Source: a virus
Lineage: Duplodnaviria > Caudoviricetes
DNA length: 54,656 nucleotides
Reading direction: 5' to 3' (one strand)
IMG/VR virus record: IMGVR_UViG_3300021335_000022
Coordinates: 1-54,656 of that record
Shown piece by piece: positions 1-10,200 of the stretch. Made by a program: the position numbers and the translations under genes. How positions within the stretch are numbered: position 1 is the stretch's first letter; each line of letters opens with the position of its first letter. The notes under the pieces are model-generated. The model had not been told where the DNA came from and did not search any database. It saw only the letters and a list, made by a program, of their open reading frames with translations.

Positions 1-1
1 T

Positions 2-3000
2 ATTCCGGCAGGAGTTACTGTTAAAGGTGAAGGCATTAGATCAGTTACTATTCGTCCTACAGCTGGCACAAACACAAATGACGCATTTTTACTCAACGGT
101 GAAACAACTGTTGAAGATTTAACAATCTCAGGTTTTTACAGCCCAGGTTACGCATTTAAGTATGCACCTGGATATACAGCAACAAGCCGCTCACCGTACA
201 TTAGAAACATTACAGTAATTACAGAAGGTTCGAGTGTAGCCGCTGCAACAAATAGTCCGGATGATCCTAGAGGGTTCAACGACGGAGATGCAGGTAAAGG
301 TGTATTCTTAGACGGTGCAGTAGCAACAAGCAGCTCTGCAAACACAGCACTACTATTCCACTCAGTAACATTTATTACTCCGGGTGTTGATGCAGTAGTA
401 CTAACTAACGGTGCTAGAGTCGAATGGCTTAACAGCTTTACATACTTTGCAAACCGTTCAATATATGCATATGATAGTCCACAAGGACGTAGAAATGCAG
501 GTAAAACAAAATTAACACTAAGCGGCATTACGGGAACCTTTACAGCAGGTAATACATTAACAATTACATCAACAGATGCATCAACTGTGCTAACAGGAAC
601 AATTGATAGTGTAGATGGCAACGATGTATATGTAAGCAGTTACTTGGATCTTGCAGGTTTTGATTTAACACCGCAGAGCATTACAGACGGCACAGCAACA
701 GCAACAACTATTGATAGCTTTGACTTACGAGAATTTGGTGCAGAAGTACGCTTGATTGCATCAGCAGCAGTATACGGTAACTTTGGCCTAGTAGGCGAAG
801 GACCGGGTGTTATTATGTATGCTATCGGACAGAATCTAGCATATATCGGTAACGGCAAAGAAGTTACAAACGACCCAACAACAGTTATTCAAGCAAATGA
901 AATTGTTGAAATAGATGAAGCAAAAATACGTTATAACTCAGTTGATCACAAAGGTGACTTTAGAGTTGGCGACTTGTTTTATGTAAATCAAGAAACAGGT
1001 AGTGTAACATTTGCAGTTAGTGATTTTGAAATTAACACGCAGAACGGTGTTACATTTACTACAGGCGCAGACAGCACATTTATCGACGGCACAAAGATTG
1101 AAACAGGCGACTGGCGCATTAGCGGTAAAACAGTAGAAACGCTAACACAAGATGCTAACTTTGAAGCAGGAAGCGGAGAAATTACTTTAGACGGTGATGT
1201 AAATGTTACAGGAAGTTTAGATGTTACTGGCGATGTAACTATCGGCGGAAACATTACTATTGGTGATGAAGCAACAGACACTATTCAAATTATTGCCGGT
1301 ATTGATTCTGATATTATTCCTAAAGTAGATAGAACATATGACTTAGGTACTGCTACTAAGAAGTGGAATACACTCTATGTTAATAATGTTTTCTTAGATA
1401 GTTTAACAACCACAGGTGCAGCACAATTTGAAGAAATACTAATTGAAGATAACTTTATTACAACAACATCATCTAATGTAGATTTAGAGTTACGTGCTAG
1501 TGGCACAGGGCAAATAGTTATTCCAGATAATGATGTACAAATTGTAAATGACTTAACAGTTGATGCTGATATTAGTGCTAACAATATAAACATATCTGGC
1601 ACAACTACTTCTGAGAAGTTTAGCACCGGCGATATATTAATTGACGATAATTATATCGAAACTACAACATCAAATAGTGATCTTACTTTACGTGCAGCAG
1701 GCACAGGTAGGGTTTACATTCCTAGCAACAATGTTTATGTAGAACAAGATTTTACAGTTGCAGGAACATCTAACTTAACAAACACAACTATTCAAGGTAA
1801 TCTTACACAAGTTGGCAACACTACACAAACTGGAAATATCAATTTAACAGGCAACTTAGGAATTACAGGAGATATAACTGTATCAGGAGTTGCACAATTT
1901 GAAGAAATAAAAGTTGAGACAAACTTTATTACAACGACAGAATCTAATGCTGATATAGAGTTGCGAGCTACACAGTTTGGCGATATATTAATACCTAACA
2001 ACAACCTACATATTACTAATGATTTAATTGTTGACGGAACAATTACAGTAGGTGATATTAATTCGGCAGGTACAATTACTGCTAATAGATTCAGCACTGG
2101 TGACATACTAATTGACGATAACTTTATAACAACAACGTTGTCAAACAGTAATTTAGAATTACGTGCTAATGGTACAGGTGAAGTTTATATACCAAGTAAC
2201 GATGTAGTAATTGACAATAATTTAACTGTTAATGGCAACACTAATCTAAAAGAGACAACAATAGTAGGCGATATCACTCATACAGGTAATACTACACAAA
2301 CAGGTGATATTAATTTAACTGGCAACCTAGATGTTACTGGCGAAGTTATTATTAGTGCAAGCCTAATACAATTTGAAGACATTCAAATATCAGGTAACAG
2401 AATTACAACAACTGAATCAAATTCAAATTTAGATTTACGTGCAAACGGAACTGGACAAATTTATATTCCAGATAATAATGTTGTTATTGAAAATAATTTA
2501 GCAGTTAATGGCACTATAACAGTGGGCAATATTACAAGCTCAGGCACAATTACTGCAAACAGTTTTAGCACAGGTGATATCTTAATTGATGACAATTATA
2601 TAACAACTACATTGTCTAATAGTAATTTAGAATTACGTGCTAATGGAACTGGGTCTATTATTATAGACACATTTACTATTAATGATACTACAATTACATC
2701 AAGCGGCGATTTTAATATTACTCCAGGCAGTAACCTTGTTAATATTAACAGCACAGGTGCATTAAAATTACCTGTAGGAACAACATTAGAAAGACCAACC
2801 GAATCAACTGGACAAATTCGTTATAACACTGACTTAACACGTTTCGAAGGTTATAACGGAACTAACTGGATTAACCTAAAAGGTGTAGAAGATTTAGACG
2901 GTGATACAAGAATTACAGCAGAAGCAACAGAAGGTGCAAACGACGGTATAGTAAGATTTTATGTTAACGGATCTGTACTAGCAACAATCGACAGCACAAG

Positions 3001-3427
3001 ATTAACTGTTCCACAAGTTCAAATTGATGATATAAAAATAGACGGCAATGTAATAGAAACTACCACAGCAAATACAGATTTAGAATTTACTGCAAACGGA
3101 ACTGGCACAATTAACTTTGACAATTTCGCTTTTAAGGATAGTAGTATTACAAATACAGTAACTAACAGTATAACAACTTTTTCAAATACTGGTGATGGTT
3201 ATGTTAAGTTCGGCGGTTCATACGGTGTTGTATTACCGATAGGTACAAGTGGTCAACGACCGCCATTAGCGTATACTGAAACCGGGCAAATGAGATTTAA
3301 CACGCAAGATAGTCGTGTTGAAATATGGGACGGAAGTAACTGGGTATCAGTTGCAGGGTCTGGTTCAGGTATTACTAGAGGTGATGCTGAAGAAATTGCA
3401 CTAGCAACAGTATTGGTATTAGGATAA
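2..3427 (+). CDS. Giant fibre-like virion structural protein, 5'-truncated (>1140 aa): pectin-lyase-like region, beta-repeat shaft, two Mtd-N-like motifs
   Basis: The frame of ORF 587..3427 reads open from position 2 (IPAGVTVKGEGIRSVTIRP...SPYIRNITV), so the true start is upstream of the window. Shares SVDHKGDFRVGDLF with the two downstream giants. LP.GT...RP...GQ.R.NT...E...G.NW occurs twice. Confidence 0.8.
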   Translation: MPAGVTVKGEGIRSVTIRPTAGTNTNDAFLLNGETTVEDLTISGFYSPGYAFKYAPGYTATSRSPYIRNITVITEGSSVAAATNSPDDPRGFNDGDAGKGVFLDGAVATSSSANTALLFHSVTFITPGVDAVVLTNGARVEWLNSFTYFANRSIYAYDSPQGRRNAGKTKLTLSGITGTFTAGNTLTITSTDASTVLTGTIDSVDGNDVYVSSYLDLAGFDLTPQSITDGTATATTIDSFDLREFGAEVRLIASAAVYGNFGLVGEGPGVIMYAIGQNLAYIGNGKEVTNDPTTVIQANEIVEIDEAKIRYNSVDHKGDFRVGDLFYVNQETGSVTFAVSDFEINTQNGVTFTTGADSTFIDGTKIETGDWRISGKTVETLTQDANFEAGSGEITLDGDVNVTGSLDVTGDVTIGGNITIGDEATDTIQIIAGIDSDIIPKVDRTYDLGTATKKWNTLYVNNVFLDSLTTTGAAQFEEILIEDNFITTTSSNVDLELRASGTGQIVIPDNDVQIVNDLTVDADISANNINISGTTTSEKFSTGDILIDDNYIETTTSNSDLTLRAAGTGRVYIPSNNVYVEQDFTVAGTSNLTNTTIQGNLTQVGNTTQTGNINLTGNLGITGDITVSGVAQFEEIKVETNFITTTESNADIELRATQFGDILIPNNNLHITNDLIVDGTITVGDINSAGTITANRFSTGDILIDDNFITTTLSNSNLELRANGTGEVYIPSNDVVIDNNLTVNGNTNLKETTIVGDITHTGNTTQTGDINLTGNLDVTGEVIISASLIQFEDIQISGNRITTTESNSNLDLRANGTGQIYIPDNNVVIENNLAVNGTITVGNITSSGTITANSFSTGDILIDDNYITTTLSNSNLELRANGTGSIIIDTFTINDTTITSSGDFNITPGSNLVNINSTGALKLPVGTTLERPTESTGQIRYNTDLTRFEGYNGTNWINLKGVEDLDGDTRITAEATEGANDGIVRFYVNGSVLATIDSTRLTVPQVQIDDIKIDGNVIETTTANTDLEFTANGTGTINFDNFAFKDSSITNTVTNSITTFSNTGDGYVKFGGSYGVVLPIGTSGQRPPLAYTETGQMRFNTQDSRVEIWDGSNWVSVAGSGSGITRGDAEEIALATVLVLG
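1426..3130 (+). repeat. Intragenic tandem protein repeats (7 copies of I.I.DN.I.TT.SN.DL.LRA.GTG), arranged as ~157-aa double units x3 plus one more copy
   Basis: FEEILIEDNFITTTSSNVDLELRASGTG, TGDILIDDNYIETTTSNSDLTLRAAGTG, FEEIKVETNFITTTESNADIELRATQFG, TGDILIDDNFITTTLSNSNLELRANGTG and further copies. Confidence 0.85.
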
Positions 3428-3431
3428 AAAT

Positions 3432-3761
3432 ATGGCAACAACATTTAAAAACGTAGTAAGACCTAACATTGGAACAGCAAGAGAAGAAGTCTTGGCTACA
3501 AACGAAAACGCTAGAGTTACAGTAGTAGGCTTTAGTTTAGCTAACACAACGAGTGGTACAGTTCTTGTAGATGTAGAATTACAAGATGCTGCTAGTACTA
3601 CAGGATATTATGCAAAAGAAATAGTAGTTCCACCTAACACAAGTTTGAGGGTTCTAAACGGCGGTGAAAAACTTATTTTAACACCAGACAATAATTTATA
3701 TGTAACAGCAAACGTCGACGACAGTATTGACGCAATACTAAGTACTGTCGAGATTGTTTAA
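3432..3761 (+). CDS. Small beta-rich virion protein, paralog of 24292..24612
   Basis: 109 aa, AGGA SD. Shares pattern with 24292 (S.[AT]N; [VI][VI].PN; G.[EV]). Confidence 0.7.
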   Translation: MATTFKNVVRPNIGTAREEVLATNENARVTVVGFSLANTTSGTVLVDVELQDAASTTGYYAKEIVVPPNTSLRVLNGGEKLILTPDNNLYVTANVDDSIDAILSTVEIV

Positions 3762-3771
3762 GGAGAGATAG

Positions 3772-4212
3772 ATGTCATCATTTTACGTAGGCGGACAACC
3801 AAGTATAACAGAACTGTTAGGAGTAGGGCAACCTAGATACTTTTATGCACTTCGCAGAACAGAAGATGGAACACTTTTCTTTGCTAAAATTGATCAGTTA
3901 AAAGATACTGATACAATAACAGTAAACAAACCAGGACCGTCAAGAGACGACTTTACTGAATTTGAATATGGTGTAGACTTCTTTGACGGAAGACTAGAAG
4001 AAGATCATTCAAGACCGTTTACTAACTTAGCTTGGGATCAGTACCGCTGGGACAACAAAAATATTAATTATTATGTTAACGAAGAAGGTGAATTAGTTGT
4101 TAGAATCAATCAAGCGTTTACATATTTGCCATCACAAATAGTAGTAGATTCGGATACAGGACGAACTCAAGAAGATGTAGCTAACAATTTACCCGGCAGC
4201 GGCGGCTATTAA
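3772..4212 (+). CDS. Hypothetical protein in the structural module
   Basis: 146-aa ORF with AGGAG SD; no recognised motif. Confidence 0.7.
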   Translation: MSSFYVGGQPSITELLGVGQPRYFYALRRTEDGTLFFAKIDQLKDTDTITVNKPGPSRDDFTEFEYGVDFFDGRLEEDHSRPFTNLAWDQYRWDNKNINYYVNEEGELVVRINQAFTYLPSQIVVDSDTGRTQEDVANNLPGSGGY

Positions 4213-4244
4213 ATAAATATGTAAAATAATTAGGAAACATATAG

Positions 4245-7200
4245 ATGTCAGAATTTAAAATAAGCAGATTAAGATTTAGTTGGGTAGGCGAATGGACCGA
4301 CTTGAGATTGTACAATAAAGATGAAATTGTACAGTTCAACGGTAAGGCATACGTTTGTTTAATACCTCATACAGCAAGTGGATTTTACAATGATTTAAAT
4401 GCAATCGAACCAAAGTGGGATCTAATGATGACAGGTCAAACTTGGAAAGGGCCTTGGCAGCAGTTTACATTTTATAGTTTAGATAACATTGTTATTTTTG
4501 GTGGTGTTGTTTACAAATGTAACGAACAGCATTTAAGTACTGCGGATATTAATACCGACATTGATAAATGGGACATTTATGCCGAATCGAAAACTTGGCA
4601 AAGCGAGTGGACGTCTAATAACTTATACGGTGTGGGCGATGTTGTGTACTACGGTGGTTCAACATACGAATGTACTGTACCGCACTTATCAGCTGCAACA
4701 GATTTAGAAGGACTAGAAGCAGATTATACTGACATCGACGATAGCACAGAACGCTATTGGAAACTGCTTAATTATGGCGTTCAATATAGAGGAATTTATG
4801 CAACTGAATCCGAAGACAGTTCGCAAGTAAGATACAAATTAAATGACGTTGTAAAATATGGACCTACATTATACAGATGTATTTGGGGTCACGCACCTAG
4901 TGTAGAATTTGAAGATTTTGCAGACTCAACAGAACTTTACGAAACATTTATTACTGCATACTGGGAAGAGTATCTACCAGGATTAGACTTTGACGGTGTA
5001 TGGAGTGAAAATTCTGTTTACCAACCCGGTGATGTTGTTCAATACGGTGGATACCTATTCCAAAGTACAATTATCAATAATATTAACAACAAGCCGTCAG
5101 TTCATTATGGAAATGACGACTCAACTGCACAATGGGAACTTATTACAAAAGCATATGATTTAGAAGGTGAATTTGATCCTTCTAGAGAATACAAAGTAGG
5201 ACATATTGTTACATACGGTGGAGATTTGTATGTTGCAATTTTAGATAATACAGGAAAAATACCAGGAAATTTTGAAGTACAAGCAGTGTACGAAGCAGAA
5301 GGGTCAACTGGTAATATTATTAAGCTAAACACAGCTGACTCTACTAATCCATTAGCAATCACAGTAGGTATGAGTGTTATAGGCGAAGGGTTTGCAAGTG
5401 GCCAGCAAGTAGAATATGTTGTTACAGATGAAAATACAGGTATTACAACAGTTACTCTAAATTATGCACCAGACGGATCTATCTCAGATGAAGCAATTTT
5501 AACCTTTGTTGGTACAAATTATGAATATTGGCAGTTATTAATTCCTGGTGTACAATGGGAAGGCCGTTGGACAGATTCTAGATTATATAATATTGATGAT
5601 ATTGCCTATTACGGAAATGCAACATATAGATGTACCAGAGAACACACTTCTTCTTTAGTAAGTCGTCCTGATAATGATTTACAAAATAATTATTGGACGC
5701 TTTACCTACAGCACGACCAAAGAAACACATTAAGTAATCCTGGTGAAATACTTTCATTCACATCAGCTACTGGCAATACACCAATTCAAATCGGGGCCCA
5801 GGCTACAATTTTAAAAGTTGTAGACGGACTACCTGCTTGGAGTACAATTGACCTTACTCCAAATGTTTATTATGTAGCTACTAATGGTATTGATGTGCCT
5901 GCAGGAGGTAAAACACCTGATACAGCTTGGGCAAGTGTAAAATATGCTTGTGAACAAGTATTGGAAGGTGTATTACAACAGAATGCAAAACAGTTATTAT
6001 TACAAAATAAAGAATGGGTAATTCAGGAAACATTTTATTGGTTCTTGTATCAGCAAAACAACGATTTAACACCATTTGATAACTCATACAACTTTGACAA
6101 TGAGAAAGTTTTAAGAGATGCACGATTAATTTACGATGGTGTTGTTAGAGATCTAGTTAGAGGCGGGAATGCTGTAACAGTAGAAAATGCACTATCTTAC
6201 TTTGACCTCGAAAGTACAAATAGTTTTACAAATGCAGGTGTAGCCGAACAAGCACCATTCTTCCTAGCATTTTTTGTAGAATTGTTTAACTATATCGAAA
6301 GAGCACTGACAAATACTATCCCTTCAGAGAATTATCAACAGCTTGAAATTGATAGATTGGGTGCAGATTATGTACCTGGTTCAATTAATGTTGTAACACA
6401 ATATATTAATAGTGGACTAACTCTTGAAAGCGACACTCTAACAAGAGTACAAGCTATGGAAAGAATCTACTTAGAATCATTTGCAGCAGGATCTCCAGAC
6501 AGTATTCCTCCAGCAAACGAATCTGCATACTCAACAATCTTTATTAGAGCAGGAACATACAATGAACAAATTCCTATTGTTGTACCAGCATTTACAGCAT
6601 TAAATGGCGACGAACTTCGTGGTACAACTATCCAACCTAAAAATCCAGTAAACACACTTTGTACTAGAACTATTGGTGATATTAACTTGTTTGAAGTTGG
6701 TTCTACTGTAAATATGCAGCACAATACACCTGTTCAATTTGTTTCGTTAAATCCAGTTACTGAAATTAGCACAGTTTTCGGCGATGTTATCGCAGGTCAA
6801 ACTTATTATGTAATTGGTAACAGCATTACAGACACAAGATTTAGTGTTTCTGAAACACCAGACGGACCACCGCTTGAATTGTTTACTAATATTGGTAATA
6901 TGTATGTATACGGCGGCGAAGCATTACACGATATGTTCTATGTTAGAAACGGAACCGGTATTAGAAATATGACAGTTAAAGGGTTGCGAGGAACGTTATC
7001 AGCTGAAAATGAATACTTAACAAGACGCCCAACAGGCGGAGCATATGTTTCGCTAGATCCTGGACAAGGACCAGACGATACACGTGCCTGGATTACTAGA
7101 AAGTCACCGTATGTACAGAATGTAACTACATTTGGTAAAGGATGCGTCGGACTTAAAATCGATTCAACTCTACACAACGGCGGCAACAGATCAGTAGTTT

Positions 7201-10200
7201 CAAATGACTTTACCCAGATTTTGTCAGACGGTATTGGCATTTGGTGTAAAGGCGGCGATGCTTTAACTGAAGCAGTTTCTGTGTTCTCGTACTATGGATA
7301 TGCAGGTTATTTTGCAGAAGATGGTGCTAAGGTACGTGCTACAAATGGTAACTCATCTTATGGTACATTTGGTTGTGTTGCTGAAGGATTTGATATTACT
7401 GAAACACCAGCTACCGGAACAGTTAATAATACTTCAGGAGAAGCAAACGCAAAAGCAGTTGGTGCATTAGGTGCAAATTCTGAAGTTTTAAAAATACAAT
7501 ACAATCACGCAGGTGAACAATATTACCAATCAACTACTAACTTACTACGTAACTCAAATAACCTACTAGAAAGCACTTGGGCTAATGATTCTAATGTAAG
7601 TGTAACAAGAGCAGCTACAACACCATATGAAAATGAGTTTGCTTGGAGAGCAACTGCAAATACGTCTCTTACAGATAGTGCATACATATCGCAGTCAGTA
7701 TCTGTTGCTCCGCAAGGTAGAACATATTCAAACGTCGGAGGTTTTAATATTTCTGGTTCTGGTATTAATGCAACATTTGATGTAACAGTTACAGGAAAAG
7801 AGTACCAGGTAGCAGTAAACAACGGAGGTGAAAACTACGTTGTCGGAAATCAAATTACACTAAGTGGTAAGAGCTTCGGCGGTCGTAGTCCAGAAAATGA
7901 TATTACTATTACTGTTGATGATCTAAGTATTACAGCAATTAGCGGCATACTATTCGAAGGCACAGTACCAGAAGGATCTGCACTTGCTTATAACATAAGC
8001 ATTCACGCTAAACAAGGCAATACTTCTTATTTTGATATGTATAGTACTTTTAGCGGATTTGATCCAAGACCATATTTCACTAGATTTAACTTTGACACAG
8101 AAGATTTTACTACAGGCACGGTATTAGGCAGCATCGAACTTCCTACTAACTTGCGAGCTGATTTCTTAGAAGACGGATGGTGGAGACTGTCATATACAGT
8201 ATTTGACGAAACTGCTCAAAACAATAATCTAGAAATGAAAATTTATCCTAGAGGAATAGATGGTATTGCAGGATTTACAAACTTCTACGGTGCTCAAATT
8301 ACAATTGGAGATCAGCCTTCGTTCTTCTTAGAAACAGGCAATAATCAACCATCTGCGTATGCTAATATTAAAATTACAGGTGCAGGATCAGGTGTTAATG
8401 TTGTAGCCGACGAACTTAGAACTGGCTCCGTATTCCAATCAAGAATTTTAGAAACTGAAGAAGTAAGACTCGGTGGTCTTGGTTATTTACTACAAAGTAA
8501 CAACGCACAGGCAGGTAATACAGAATATCTAACACTAGCAGGATCAGAAGTTGCAGAAGCATCAGAATACGAAGGTATGAAACTAGTTGTAAGATCGGGT
8601 AAAGGAGCAGGACAGTTTGGAATTATTGCAAATTATAATCCAGCCTCTAAACAAGCATCAGTTGTTAAAGAATCCTTTGATCAACAAGAAGTTGTATCTT
8701 CAGTCTCGTCAACTGATAGATTTTTACTAGGTCCAGGTAGCGATTTTTATAACCTCTACGTTGGACAAAAAATTCAGTTTACTCCAACTTTCTACGATAT
8801 ACTAGTACCTAGTACTTCTCAGAGTAAAATTAATGTTACAGGTACATTAGGTGATCTAAACAACTATATGTTTGTTGATAGTACAGCAAGATTACGTACA
8901 GGACAAAAAATTAACTTCAGTGGCACACCATTTGGTGGTGTTATAACTGGATTTGATTATTATATTATTGATATCATCGACGAAAGAAGTATTCAGTTAT
9001 CTACCTCATTAGGTGGAGCTGTTTGGCCGTTATCTAACGTAAATATTGAAGACCCGGACGACTCTCCGATTGTATTAACAGGTGAAGTACCAGGCTTCGA
9101 GTTAAATTATCCAGACGCTACAAGTTACCTAACAGCAAGTACAACTGCTAATATGGAGGCAACATTACCAATTCAGTTTACAAGTATTAGTATTGGTGGA
9201 ATTACACTAGGTGATGTTTATTACATTCAAGACATATTTAATGATACACAGTTTAGTATTTCTACTTCACTGTTAGATGTGACTGTTACAAATACAGATG
9301 CAGCTGATAACGGATTAACTGTTGCTGACTCTTCAAACTTACTTCCATTAAATCCTATTATATTTAAAGGAACAATGTTAGGTGGACTTGTTGAAAAGCA
9401 ACGTTATTACATAAATGAAATTATCGACGGAACTACATTTACTCTATCAAGCGGTATAAACACAACTTCTGCAACAGCAACTGAAGGCGTGTCTAACCTA
9501 ATCACAGTTACTAGTACAGCAGGATTTATTGCTAACGCTCCTATTCAATTTACAGGTGTTACTTTTGGTGGTATTACTAATGATAAAACTTACTATATTC
9601 AGGTTGTTAACGATGCAACAACATTTACGATTTCTGAAACGCCAGGCGGAGCAGCAGTTCCATTACTTACAGCAGTAGGTGAAGTAATTGTAAGGACTGT
9701 TACTGACGAAGTTACAGTTACCACAGCAGCGGGCACTATGCTAGGTAAAACAACAGGAGCTAAAGTAGTTGTAGAGTCTGGAAGAGGTGGTATGGAAGCC
9801 TCATTCTACACAGAAATTTTTGGAGGAATTACAGCAGGTCAAACTTACTATGTTAGAAATAAGTTTGATGTAAATTCAGAATTTGAAATTGAAATATCAG
9901 ATGCACCTAGTCTTAATACAACAGTTGCACTAACAGATGCAGACGGATCTATGCAGATACAAGCAGTAGGATGGGATCATATTAATGCAGGTACACCACC
10001 TGTAGCAAACTTTGACTCCACATCAGTATATGCAATTGAACCGAGAATTACTTACTCTGCTCCAACTTTCGCAGCGTATGACCTTATTGATCCTAATACA
10101 TCACTACCAGCAGAATTACCTGTTACACCTGATGATAACAATGACACATTGGGTGACGGCTATTGCACAATAGTAAGTGACGGATTTAAACCATATGCGA

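Noticed and set aside
1426-3130. Periodic DNA repeats that might be a CRISPR array
   Set aside because: They are degenerate, in-frame coding repeats without identical repeats and unique spacers
2760-3360. Mtd-N-like motifs suggesting a diversity-generating retroelement
   Set aside because: No reverse transcriptase and no template/variable repeat pair differing at adenines seen in the window
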